A stretch of DNA of 63,784 bases, counting the filler, from Folioceros fuciformis (Eukaryota), in assembly GCA_049999805.1 (NCBI GenBank). It is 10 parts of 10 records of this genome, joined end to end, with 100 filler letters (N's around TTAATTAATTAA, not from the genome) between each part and the next. Parts side by side here need not be neighbours in the genome. Positions count along the whole stretch, not along the records: positions 11,994 to 27,783 come from JBNGIO010001074.1; 9 more parts are not named here. One strand, written 5' to 3'. The position numbers were made by a program, and so were the translations under genes. The notes under the pieces are model-generated. The model had not been told where the DNA came from, did no database searches, and saw nothing but the letters and a program-made list of their open reading frames with translations. This document shows positions 12,605-24,702 of the stretch, piece after piece. Position 1 is the first letter of the stretch. The number at the start of each line of letters is the position of its first letter.

Positions 12605-13808
12605 ATGGCGGGCCTTGTTGCTCCGAGTTACAGATCTCCGTCAGCTTTCAAAGTCCTTGCCAACAAGATTGATAGTGAATTGATGTCAATTGGAGCACAG
12701 AAGCATGGTTATGGCTCAGTTGGGTGTACATGGGGAAGGTGGCCGGGACCAAGTCATCGGTGGACCCAGTTCTCTTCAAGCAGCAGCAGCAGCAGCGCCG
12801 GGTTCCACAACTTGGGATGGAATTCAACGGCCTGTGGGCGAAGGAGCAGTAGTGCTATTGGCAGGAGGAACAGTGGGTCACTGGAGATACTTGCCAAGGT
12901 TGTGAGGCAGAGGCACAAGGAGATAGATGAGTCGGAGAAAATCATGGAGGATCCTTATAACGGGCATGTTTGCGACGTGATGAGCGTCGGTGTGGTGTCA
13001 AGTAATTCTGACGCGATAGTACAAATCAAGGACTCCAGAAGAAGCTCTACAGTTGTGTGGACCATGGATATGGATATCTTCCAACGCTACACTGGCCTGC
13101 CGGTGGTGGACGGCCGCGGTCGCTGCGTCGGGGTGTTCACTCTGGAGGTAAGTAAGGAAGGGTTGAGGAGGGCGCCGATGAATAGCGGGCAGCTCGCTAC
13201 ATCCAGTAATACAATCCATGTCCACATTGTTGACAGGACTACGTGAACAGAGCCAGCAGCTGCAGAGGCGAGCAGTGGGTTGCAGTGGATGACAAGGTCG
13301 GTGCACTAGTAGGATTGCCGGCAGATTTTCTGTTGGGCCTTCCAGTAAGGTACGACACTTCAGCCCATGCTTCGGTGCTTGACATCCACCCATATCCCTT
13401 TTCCAGTGTCCTTTTTCACTGCTTCCTGCTCCTCCTCGTCCTCCTGTGCTGCTACCATGTCTTGAAATGCAGTGCCATCATGTCAAGTCCGGCAATCGTG
13501 ATCAAGGAGCATGCACCCATTGCCTATGCGGCCGCGTTGATGCTCCAGAACCAGGTACGTATGCGAGCACCGGCCATGTCTCCCTCGTGCAACAAACACC
13601 TCTGTGCTGCTCGACTATGTACCCTGAGAATGAATGAATTGGCATGTGACAGGTGCACCGCCTCCCCGTGGTGGGCGCCAACGGAATGCTAGTCGGCATA
13701 GTGACAAGGACAGACATCTTCGAGCCCTTGTCCGAGATCAACCCCATGTACCACGCCCTTGCCGGGAGGCGAAAGGACAGAAGTAAGCAACAGTTCACAG
13801 ACGGATGA
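12605..13808 (+). CDS. CBS-domain-pair protein (CBSX-like) with transit-peptide-like N-terminus
   Basis: Ser/Arg-rich N-terminus, VCDVMS..., YTGLPVVDGRGRCVGVF, IMSSPAIVIKEHAPIAYAAALMLQNQ, VHRLPVVGANGMLVGIVTRTDIF; internal exon boundaries partly uncertain. Confidence 0.8.
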
Positions 13809-14651
13809 CAGGTGCCTGACAGGGATATTACCTACACACCCACACCACGAATGCACAGATGAGCACCACAGCACAGCACATGGTAGGTAGACTAGTGTGG
13901 GATGTTGAAGTTCGAGGGGGGTGAGAAATGTACATTTGTGGGTAGAGGTAGAGGGAGAGGAGAAGGAGACTAGGAGAGTCGTCTGGAGGAGGTTTTACTC
14001 ACGTAGGTTGTAGATACTACTAGGCTGTCATGTGAAGAAGGCACCTCATGTACACTGGCTGACTGACTGACTGCATCACACAAGAGATGTTTTATGTTGT
14101 ACACATAGACGGCCAGGCCGGGCCAGGCCGGGCTGGTAGACAGACGACGTTGATGCAGGAGACGAGGCTAGGGCAAGATGCGTGATGGAGCAGGGAAGTC
14201 TGTACTGTATATGCAATCAGCGAGGCCGTGCGTGGCAGAGACGAGACGAGACGATTCCTGGTGCCGTAGGGCATCCATCTTCTGCTCCGTCCCTTCCTAC
14301 TGCTGCTGCCCTGAGAGCCCTCTGACTGCTTCAAACAGTGTAATCTCCTGTTTCAAACATCAGTGGTTGAGCCCTACAGTCCCAGTCCCGACTCCCCACG
14401 CCGTCCTCTCGATTTAGCAAGAAGCCGGCTAGGCCGACGTCACTAGACGACGAGGCGGTGTCGCCCTAATCTGACGTCTTCCCCATAGCACAAGATCCAT
14501 GCTGTGGCGCAGCGGACGGGGCAGTCTGCCACACTGCCATGCAAGTTGCAAAGCTGCAAGAGGCGACAAAGAATCGTGGATTCGTGAATCGTGGCTGCGC
14601 TCCGGTCCGTCCCTGCCCTCCGAGCCGTGCATAATTGAAGAAACCCTAAAA

Positions 14652-14932
14652 TGACGTGCGACCTGAGGGTGTCAGTGACCCGTTGCCTTTGGCGGGACCT
14701 GCCGGGAGGCGGCAATGGAGACAGGAAGGCGCCGGAGAGCCCGCGCTACCCGAACAGCTGTGTGTGTGAAGTATGTATGTAATAATAATAAAGGAGGTGG
14801 GAGGGGGGCAGTACGAGGTACCTACAATTTGCATGTCCGGACCCTACATAACGCCAATGCACTGCTATGCCATGCAGTGACGTGGCCTCGGAAAACGGAA
14901 CGGGGGCTTTGTGACGTGTTGCGTGTGACGTG
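14652..14932. promoter_or_regulatory. Cluster of four TGACGTG (bZIP-type ACGT) elements between the CBS gene and LRR-RLK
   Basis: TGACGTG at 14652, 14878, 14912, 14926; telo-box AAACCCTAA at 14641. Confidence 0.35.
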
Positions 14933-16593
14933 TGAACGCCGTTACAGGCCGGTATGTCATAACGTGGTCCATGCAGCGGGCCGTGCCAGCCTTTCATCAA
15001 TCATTTAGCAGGTTCCGAGAAGGGGGTTAGGTCGGGGCCCGGTACGGGGCCGCGTTTATTAAGCGCATCATGGTCTGCCGCCGATGATGATGCGCGTTGC
15101 ACATGTTCCCGGCGGCCCCGTTCTGGTGCACGGAACGGAGTCGGCGCAGATACGGCCCGCCGTTGTCCAGGCCTACCTTCACACGAAGCTGCCTGCCTGC
15201 CTGCCTGTTGGGCCGCACCAGCAGCAGCCCGTGTTGTCGCGGTCCTGGGCGGTTCAGATCCTGGTCCTGGTCCCGATCGGACCGCGCTCCTCTTCTCTCC
15301 ACGGCATGTTGCCGATGCTGGTGCCCGGGTTCCCAGGATGCGACGAAACTGGCGGGCTGAGCAGCCTGGAACAGGTCCAGTGTGATGGGAATTCGCGTCT
15401 CGTCTCTCGTCCCGTCTCGCTCTCACCTGTCCAGGGAAGGAGAGGCTGGCGTGGCCTGCCTCTGCCGTGGCCTGTAGCTGCTGCTCATCCAGCTCATCGT
15501 CTGCACCGCACTGCTCTGCACTGCGACATTGCTGTTTTATCTTTGTGTCTGGGAATGCCCCCAGTTTGGCTGCCTCCGTCTCTTGTGTGTCGCCTAGCAC
15601 GGCCTCCAAGCCCTGCTTGCTTGGCCTCATGTGCCGACTTTTTTATCTCCACGTGAACAGAGGAGGAGGAACAGGGCCGCAGCAGCCAGAGCACAGCAGC
15701 AGCAGCAGCTGCTGCAGGTGAAGGTGAAGGTGAAGGAACAGGAGCAACACGCGGCAGGAAAGAGGGTGGACGGCACCACCTCCCTTCGCTTGCTGATATT
15801 CCTCTTGCTGCCCCAAGCCCCTTTTGCACCAGCCATAGCCATAGCCACAGCCGCAGCCTCGAAGAGCGAGCTCCTCCGGCTTCCACGAACACATCTCTCG
15901 GCTGGCCTCGGATCTCGCATGTGCAGCTGCCTGCTGCTGGTCGTTGAATGATGCAGGCAGAGCCAGGGCTCACAGATCGGGACAAGTGAGAAGTTTCTTG
16001 GCCGGCTGTTTGCGTTTCTGTTGCTCTTGTGTTCTGCCTGTGTGGTGATACCGGTGTTGCGGGATGCGGAGCTCTGGTCCGGGGTTGACGTCGTCGGGCC
16101 ATTTACTCGTCGCAATCCGGGTTCTTGTTCAGGGACTGCAGCGCGGTGTGGTGTGGTTTTAGGCAGTCTGTTTGCGCGGTGAGCGGCAACGGAAGTGAGC
16201 AAGCAGATGGTGCACTGTAGATTATCTCCAGTGCTTGGCTGGAGGAAGCGGGTGTGGAAGGGGAGGTGTTACCAAAGGCCTCTCAGGCTTCCTTGACTTG
16301 AATGTTCGCCGAGCCGTTTTGCGTGCCTCTCATGCGGTTGCGCTTGCACCACCGTCAGTCTGGAGCAGGAGGCGCAGAAAATGCGGCAGCCAAACGTGCA
16401 GCACCGCTGGGACGCCTTGAAGAGGTTATCGCCGCTGCCTAGAGACGTGTCAAGTAGCGGCAGCGGGTCGCATACTTCGAATGTGCAGTGCTCTAGAGGA
16501 GACAGCAGGAGCTGCCAGATCTGATGCAAGTTGCTGGGACGGGGTGCTGCATTTTCATATCCCGTGGAGGAGCCGTCTGGCCTACACTCGATC

Positions 16594-19500
16594 ATGAGTG
16601 ATAGAGGAGGGCATAATGCATCCACTACGACATGGCGTCTGATCTCCCTCTCAATTCTCTCGCTCTGCGTGCTGCTGGAGCTTCAGCTGGTTCAGCCTGC
16701 CAGCGTTTCCGCTCCGGCAGACGCTTCCGCCCTCCTAGACTTCAAACAGGGGCTGTCTGATCCGACGGGCTTGCTCTGGAACTGGGGTAACTCATCTGTC
16801 CCTCTCTGCAATTGGACGGGAGTCTCCTGTGGTCCTGGACAGTCGCAGCAGGTTGTCTCTCTGTATCTTCCCCGGGCCCTGCTCAGCGGTACCATCTCGC
16901 CAGCGCTTGGACAACTGTCTGCGTTGAGAGCTCTTGATCTCTCTTCCAACTCTTTGTATGGCGAAATCCCTCCACAGCTTGCCGAGTGCTCCCGGCTCAA
17001 GGCGATCAGGCTGGGCAGCAATGAGCTTACTGGCTACATCCCGGACGAGCTTGCAACTCTTACTCGCCTAGAGGTTCTCGATCTGAGTTACAATCACTTC
17101 GCTCCTGCTGCGGTTCCTGCTGCTCTTGCGAGGCTTACTAAGCTGTTGGAGCTCAATCTTGGGGGCACGAATCGCACTGGTCAGATTCCGCCCGCTTATT
17201 TCGGCGTCAATTTCAAGAGCCTTCAGAAGCTCGAGTTGCCGCAGAACAGGCTTGATGGGGAAATCCCTATCGGTGATGATTGGGTTTGTGGCAACCTCAC
17301 GTACCTGGACCTCAACAACAACTCTCTCACGGGCCCCATCCCTCCGCAGCTGGGTACGTGTGCCAGTCTCACCTTTCTGGATCTGAGCACCAACAGACTC
17401 TCTGGTCCCATTCCGGAAGAAGTAGGCAACCTGCTCTCCCTGGTCTTCCTCTGGGCCTTCACCAACAACTTGAATGACAGCATACCGTCATCTCTTGGCA
17501 ACTTGAGGAACTTGGAGAGCATCCGTCTTGGAGAGAATCAGCTGTCAGGTCCTATACCCGATGAGATTGCTGGATGTACCAGTCTCAAAACTCTGGGATT
17601 TGCATCTGCAGGGTTGTCGGGTCAGATCCCTCCTGGTTTGGGAGGCCTGGAGTTTCTTGAAGAGGTTCGGTTGTACAACAATCGTCTGACAGGCTATTTG
17701 CCCCCAGAGCTCGGGAACTGTAGCCGATTAAATGTCTTGGCTGTGCACAACAACTCCATCGGAGGGAATATACCATCGGAGTTCGGCTCTCTCAGAAATC
17801 TCTCTACTCTTTATTTGTATAGGAATCAGCTTCAAGGTCCTATTCCGGAGTCGCTGGTGAACTGCACTGAGCTGACTGGGCTTGATTTTTCTTACAATCA
17901 TCTTGGGGGTGAGCTACCCGATGACATTGGCAAGTTGGTCAACCTCCAAGTGCTCTCTCTTTTCAACAACAACATCACAGGAACCATTCCTTTATCCTTG
18001 GTCAATCTTGTTGAGCTGCAGACTCTGGATTTGTCTTACAATGACTTTTATGGTACCGTGCCACCAGAAATAGGGCAGATGCCCAAGCTTCTTAATCTTA
18101 TACTGGCAGGGAACTCGTTTGAGGGTATTCTGCCGCAAGATCTTGGACAGAACAGTGTCCTTCAGAAGCTGGACGTATCCAACAATAATTTGTCCGGTCT
18201 CATCCCTCCTGGAGTTTGCCATGGGGGCAATCTGTCTTCTTTGGTGCTTCTCAACAACTACTTTTCAGGAGAAATCAATGGGCCCATTGCAAGCTGCACG
18301 TCACTAGTTCAAGTGCGCCTGTCCAACAACAGCTTCACTGGTTCTGGCCCCAGTGATCTATCTTCTTTTGGTCAGCTGTACTGGATGGACCTCTCCAACA
18401 ATGGGCTTGAAGGATTATTTCCTCGAGGGCTCTCAAGTCTGAAGCAGCTGGCTGCCTTGCAATTGTCAAGTAACAACTTTACTGGTGAACTCCCATCAGA
18501 GATAGGGGAACTGACCTCCTTACAGTTATTCAGTGCTGCCAATAATCTCTTTACAGGAAACATCCCACCGGAGATAGGAAATCTGCAGAAGCTCCTGGGT
18601 TTGAATCTTGCTGACAACCTGTTGACAGGGCCTATTCCGGAGGAGATTGGCAATCTGACAGAGCTTTCCTACCTGTTCTTGCAGCAGAACAATTTGAATG
18701 GCTCTATTCCTCAGGCACTGACCAGGTGTGAGCGCTTGCTATCTCTGGACCTGGGGAACAATCATCTAAGCGGACCAATTCCAACAGACATTGGAAAGAT
18801 GGTGACTTTGCAGTATGGCCTGAACCTTACTCAGAATCTTCTCTCAGGCACCATCCCGTCTTCGTTGGGAACCCTTGTGAATTTGCAGGTTTTAGACCTT
18901 TCTCACAATGAGCTGCAGGGCCAGGTTCCCGGTACATTGACGAATTTACAAGCTCTTATCAATTTCAGCTTTGCAGAGAATCATCTTTCTGGCCCCATTC
19001 CTGGTACTTCGCTGTTCACTACTGCTCCTATAAGCTCTTATGCTGGAAATCCAGGTCTCTGTGGGATGCCACTTCCGCCCTGTGCAGATCCTGGGGCCTC
19101 AGGCAGGGGAGGTAAAGCTAAGAGTGGACTGGGTCTGTCCTTGGGAGCTTTGATTGGGGTCATCTTTGCTGGTGTGGCTGCTATCTTGATAGCAATTGTA
19201 TTTCTCTTGTTCTGGAAGAGACAGTATGACGATGAGGACTACAAGTTGAGCCACTCTATCAGTGGCCGTCGGATGGGTTCCATAAACTCCTCAGTGAAGG
19301 ATTTCGAAGGCAGCACCTCAGGCCTCACATATCGCGACATCATGGAGGCTACTCAAGGTTTAAGTGAGCGGAATGTGATCGGGTCTGGTGCATACGGAAC
19401 AGTTTTTAAAGCAGTCTTGCCCACCGGACAGATCCTTGCAGTGAAAAGAGTCATCCTGCCAATGGACGGGTTCACGGAGAACAATTCCTTCAATGCTGAG

Positions 19501-20354
19501 GTTCGGACTCTGGGACAAATCCGCCACCGGAATCTTGTCCGCCTTATTGGCTTTGCAACCAACATGAACCTGAACCTGCTGCTGTATGAGTACATGCCAA
19601 ATGGAAGTTTGGGAGAAGCTCTGCAGCATCCTGATGTTAGGCTGGAATGGAGTTCTCGGTATAACATAGCCCTGGGAGCAGCACAGGGTCTAGCTTATTT
19701 GCATCATGATTGCCATCCTCCTATCATTCATCGTGACATCAAGTCGAACAACATCCTTCTGGATTCAGAACACGAAGCTCATATCGGGGACTTCGGACTT
19801 GCCAAGTTGATAGATGTCACTAAGGATACGCAGTCCATGTCTGCAATCGCTGGCTCATATGGATACATAGCACCGGGTAAGACGCCGGACTCGTCTCTAA
19901 GACTGTATTCGTGTGTCATGTCTGAATCTGTTCATAGCTCCTTTTTGATGCTGCTTACTTCGTTATCTTGACTGTTGAGATCTTTGCTGCAGAGTACGGC
20001 TTCACAATGCGGGTGACCTTGAAGGGTGATGTGTACAGTTTTGGGGTAGTCTTGCTGGAGATAGTGAGTGGCAGGAAGCCAGTGGTTGATGAAATGACGG
20101 ATTTGGTTTCGTGGATCAAAGATAGCATCAGGAAAAATCAAGGGCCAGAAGGAGTGCTGGATTCCCGACTGGATGAGATGGAAGGGCCTCTGAGACGGGA
20201 GATCCTTCTCGTTCTCAAGATTGCCCTGTTTTGTACCAAGGAGAATCCTGAGGAGAGACCAACAATGCGAAACGTTGTGGAAATGTTGATACAGGCACGC
20301 GATCCCAACAGGTCCCCATCCATTGTGCGGACATCGCTTAGCGACTTCATTTGA
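16594..20354 (+). CDS. Leucine-rich repeat receptor-like kinase (subfamily XI-like), two exons 16594-19876 and 19993-20354
   Basis: Signal peptide, LRRNT (CNWTGVSC), >20 plant LRRs, GNPGLCG cap, TM helix, kinase GSGAYG/HRDIKSNN/DFG; single GT-AG intron 19877-19992 at YIAP|E. Confidence 0.95.
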
Positions 20355-20650
20355 TCTGTTGTACTCCGCTTTGTAGAATCTTAGGCATTTACTCGGTAAA
20401 ATTACTCAGATTAGGTGTAAATTTTCCTGGTACCCGAGGAATAGATTTTCTTTACTGGGCTTGGTTTTTCAGCAGTAGATTTGGGACTCAAGCCTTGGCC
20501 AGAGTAAAATTCCTGACGAAATCCAAGTTTGGACTAGACCAGGATACGTTCTCTGGTATCGACCCAACTTCAAACCCTGCTTTTCATCATAAATCCTCTA
20601 CACTCTCACGAACGATAGCTGACTCGGTTCCTTCTACTCAAATATGTATG

Positions 20651-21228
20651 TTAGACAAGGTTGTCTGCCTTCTCGTTGGAGACGGTAAAGTCGTGTCCGT
20701 CGGTAGTCGATGGCGGATGCAAGCCACTGAGCTGACAGTACATACTATCGACGCTACGCGCAATCTCCTTTCCCAACCCTTCGTTGCACAGAATCAATTG
20801 CCAAGCCTCTCTCGAAGCGCGCTCCAGGACTTGTGGCCTGCAAAGATCCGCACTTCCTGTGAGTCGCTGGAATCAACGGGCGAAAGACAAGAAAGGCTGC
20901 AGAAAGTACATGGACAACTCACTCGAGCTCTTTCCTCAAGGCATCGAAAAGGTCTCTGCGATTTCTCTGCTCGGCTCCAGGTGCGTTCAGCACGCGGCTC
21001 GTCTCCACCAACTTTGTAGTGAAAGTCTTGAGTTCTTCCTGCAGAAAGCCCATGGTGCCATCCAATCATGAGTGCGTCAGTGGAGACGGGCTGCGTGCGG
21101 TTGGGGCCGACCGACTCTCGCTGCCTTACGTTGCTCTTCAGCTGCGCCGTCAGCTTCTGACGCAACGAGTCGAAAGTGCCGTCGTGCATGAGCGACTCCA
21201 GCACCTTGTTCGGAGTTACGCCCTCCAT
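20651..21228 (-). CDS. BOD1/Shg1-like (COMPASS-associated) small protein, three exons
   Basis: MEGVTPNKVLESLMHDGTFDSLRQKLTAQLKSN | ELKTFTTKLVETSRVLNAPGAEQRNRRDLFDALRKELE | PQVLERASREAWQLILCNEGLGKEIARSVDSMYCQLSG...NLV*. Confidence 0.75.
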
Positions 21229-21405
21229 CACCGGCGAGTGCAAACTTTGTAAAGCCCTACGTGTGGTCACAAAAGTCCTTATGGAGCATGAGCGAGGGAA
21301 GAGCGTCCGAAGGCGTACGATTGAGCAACGGGTCCCAGATAAAAGGATCCTTCGGTCCCAATCCAGAAATAGTATTAGGCACATGAACGGCGTATCCGAG
21401 TTAAT

Positions 21406-24012
21406 TCAGCACTGTTCGGCGTATATGTCGTCGAGCTCGCCGTAGGACAGATGTTTCCACGTCGTGTCCACCAAGTTGTCCAACTCGCCCAGCATGCCCG
21501 TTGCTTTATGCTGGCCTTCGTTGTTGTCGGACGACACTCCTGCATCCCGCATCATTTGCCTAATCTGCTCCTCGTCTGCCTTCCTACCAGCCATGCAATA
21601 CATGCTGGCCATAAGGCCATAGGCAGCATCATTTCCTGGCTCCAGCTTAACTAAGCTGTCAAAGACCCGCCGTCCAAGATCCAGGTTGCCATGGCTCTGG
21701 CATGCCACCAACACAGTCATCCACGTTTCTGCTTCAGGTTGGAAGGGCATGGCGCTAATCAGGTCATCTACTTCAGGTAGGTTGCCTGCCCGACTGAGAA
21801 TCTCGACCATGCAGACGTAGTGTTCCTTGCCGTGTACTATCCCAAACTCCTGATCCATGTTCCGGAATATAGAGTAACCTTCGTCAACCAGGCCAGCCCG
21901 GCAACATGCTGAGAGAACAGAAACCATGGTCGCTTCATTCGGCTTCACCCCTTCCTCTTGCATCTGCTTGAACAGCTGCAAGCCTTCCTCAGCTTGTCCG
22001 TGCAGACTGCAGCCTGATATCATGGCATTCCATGACACCACATTTCTTCTGGACAGCTTGTTGAAAACCCTTCGAGCGTCATTTAGGCTCGCACATTGGA
22101 CGTACATGTCAACGAGAATGTTCCCTACCTCCAAGTCGCTGCCCAGCCCACTTGTAGAGATCCTGGAGTGAAAGTGCTTTCCTTGCTCCACGGATGCTAT
22201 GCTCGAACATGCTTTCAAACAGTTCACGAAGGTCGTCTTATCAGGTGACATACCTTCACGCTGCATTTGCTGGAAGAGTCCAAGGGCTTCGTCACCATCC
22301 CCTGCTTCCACATAGCCTTCAATCATGATGTTCCATGACGCCAGATCTTTCTCCGACATGCCATCAAAGACATTGACTGCCTCCTCTTGGCACCAGCACT
22401 TCATGTACATGTTAAGCAATGCATTGCTTAACACCTTATCGATGACCAAACCACCCTTTGTAAGCTCACCATGAATGCGCTTCCCCTCATCTAGGGCTAA
22501 AAGGATCCCACACGCATTCAAGACGGCTACATACGTGAACTTATCTGCAGTAACACCCTCCGCGTGCATTTGCTGAAAGAGCTCAAGAGTTTTCAAAGGA
22601 TGTCCATGACGGACATTGGCGGTAAGCATTTCATTCCACGACACCAGCTCTTTCTTCGCTAATTTGCTAAAAATCATTCGCGCCTCTTCAAGGCTTCCAC
22701 ATCTTGCGTACATCTCCAAAAGTGCAGCTGAAAGAAGTGGATCCTCCTCGAATCCTAAATCCACAACTCGCTCATGTATGTCCCTGCCTTCAGCCAGGGC
22801 TTCTACTTTGGCGCATGCTTTCAGAACAGCGGCATACACGGAAACATCTGGCTCCCCTCCTTGCCGCTCCATTTCCTGAAACAGCTTGAGAGCTTCCTTG
22901 CCTTGATCAAGGTCTGCATGTGCTTTGATGATAGCTTGCCATGACTGTGTGTCAGGGTCAGAAATCTTCTGAAACACTTCGTTCGCCTCCACCAAGCTTC
23001 CACACTCCGCAAATAGCCGGATCAGAGTGTTCCGAATGTCCAAGTTCCCATCATACTTGCTACTCGCAAGCAGTCTTTGCATTCGCTTGCCAGCTGCCAA
23101 ATTCTTGCTTCCGATGCCCTCTTCCAGCAGTCTTAATTCATCCTCAGCAGACCCGCCCTCGTCTTCACTCTCCACGTCTTTGAGAGGCTCACTGCCCCCT
23201 TGCCCACCCACAGCATTCTGCAAACCCTCACCCCCTCCTGCATTTCCTTGAGCAGAGGTTTCACTACCGACAGAGGTAGAGGGATACAAACAAAAAACAA
23301 GTCATGCATAGAAATGAACGTCGCAAACACACGACAACAGCGACCGAACGAAACACGAACACCAGACTGGCAAGACAGCATCTGTTTGCAGTACCACACC
23401 TGGAATTCTGCCCTTGGGATTCCTTCGTCTTCGGAGCATACTCAGGACGATACTCCGCCCTGAAGACTCGGCCCGGTGGTGTATCGTGTATCTTCAACGT
23501 GGCCAACCTTGCAGGAAGCCAGCGAGGGTTGTAAGGGTGATCAACCCACATTGCATCCCCTCCTTGCCAATGCCGAAAGTCTGGATGCCTATGGTCCCTC
23601 TGAGGACCAGCCCGCGTTTCCCACATTAGCAAAACACAGAACAGAAATCCGGCATCGAAAATTTAGGTCGCTGATTAGGTCACAAGCTCCTGCATACCTT
23701 GCTGTACCTAAAATCCCAATACAGATCAGGATTGGCGAAGAGTTTCAACCACAACTGCTCTGTGTACGTTTTCCGGTCTGCACCACGAGCACAAATCGAA
23801 GACTGAGCTCCAATTTCTCACCCCTTCAGGCAAAAATGCCTGTTTTAAGGGAGTCAGATTCACTCACCAACCCTGACGCCGGTTGTGGTGCAATGCCGGG
23901 TCTGTTGACAACCCAATCCCGTCTCGCCAGCTGCAATCAGTGCGACCGCGGCACGCCAAAACTCGAGAACTGGGTGTCCACCCTGGAATGTGCGGCGGCC
24001 GATGAAGGACAT
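21406..24012 (-). CDS. PLS-class PPR protein with E-domain-like end and an N-terminal OSB-type PDF motif; exons 24012-23868, 23777-23698, 23599-23400, 23263-21406
   Basis: PLS repeats (VVSWNAMISG, YARCGSLEEAR, HYVCMVEILSRAG, MPFQPEAETWMTVLVAC), no DYW; upstream exons joined in frame through GT-AG introns give a transit-like peptide MSFIGRRTF... and EQLWLKLFANPDLYWDFRYSK|RDHRHPDFRH. Confidence 0.85.
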
Positions 24013-24168
24013 GATGCTGGGTTCAGCTCCCGCTGGTCACCAGTGACAGCGGCGAGGCTACTCTCCCTACCAGAGGGACTTTCATAACTAAAAAGGGGGG
24101 AAACTAGCGGTTCGAACCTTCCATTAACCGGGGTTAAAATAGGCCTTGTTTTAACGGCCGACCGAATT

Positions 24169-24178
24169 CTAGGGTTTC
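24169..24178 (-). promoter_or_regulatory. Telo-box-like element in the short divergent promoter of RPL37 / PPR gene
   Basis: ctagggtttc = GAAACCCTAG on the minus strand, ~60 bp upstream of the ribosomal protein ATG. Confidence 0.5.
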
Positions 24179-24235
24179 TTTTTGCCCCTCACAGTCGAGT
24201 CACCCCGTTGCGGACGCCGTCGGAACTCGGCAGCC

Positions 24236-24702
24236 ATGGGGAAGGGCACGGGGAGCTTCGGCAAGCGCCGGAACAAGACGCACACGTTGTGCACGCGATG
24301 CGGGAGGCGTAGCTTCCACATTCAGAAGGCACGCTGCTCAGCGTGTGCCTATCCCGCCAAGCGGATTCGGAAATGTAAGATGTGTTGGTGCCGAGGCTCT
24401 GCCGATGAGCTGGACTCAGCTGTTCAGGAATCTTGAATTTTGGAGATGTTTGTTTTGCCTGGTACGCGCAGATAACTGGAGTGTGAAAGCCATCCGCCGG
24501 AAAACCACTGGCACAGGGCGTATGAGGCACCTCCGCCATCTACCTCGGCTTTTTAAGAACAATTTCAGAGAAGGTTAAGCCTGGGTCCCTCTCCTCAGCC
24601 GTAATTTCTCTGAATCGTAGCTCGGAATCTGAACTGTTTTCATTCCTGTGGACAGGAACTCAGGCAGCTCCAAGGAAGAAGGATGCTGCGGGTACTTTTT
24701 GA
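24236..24702 (+). CDS. RPL37: 60S ribosomal protein L37 (eL37); exons 24236-24374, 24472-24573, 24656-24702
   Basis: [68 protein letters not shown]... Confidence 0.97.

Noticed and set aside
15001-16202. Several 100-210 aa overlapping ORFs on both strands
   Set aside because: Low-complexity, GC-rich, no recognisable domains; expected by chance.
20351-21019. 222-aa plus-strand ORF (and 23476-24087, 27112-27669)
   Set aside because: Antisense shadows of the BOD1-like, PPR and F-box genes.
21406-21560. DYW deaminase at the PPR C-terminus
   Set aside because: No PG box, HxE or CxxC motif; the protein ends after an E-like region.
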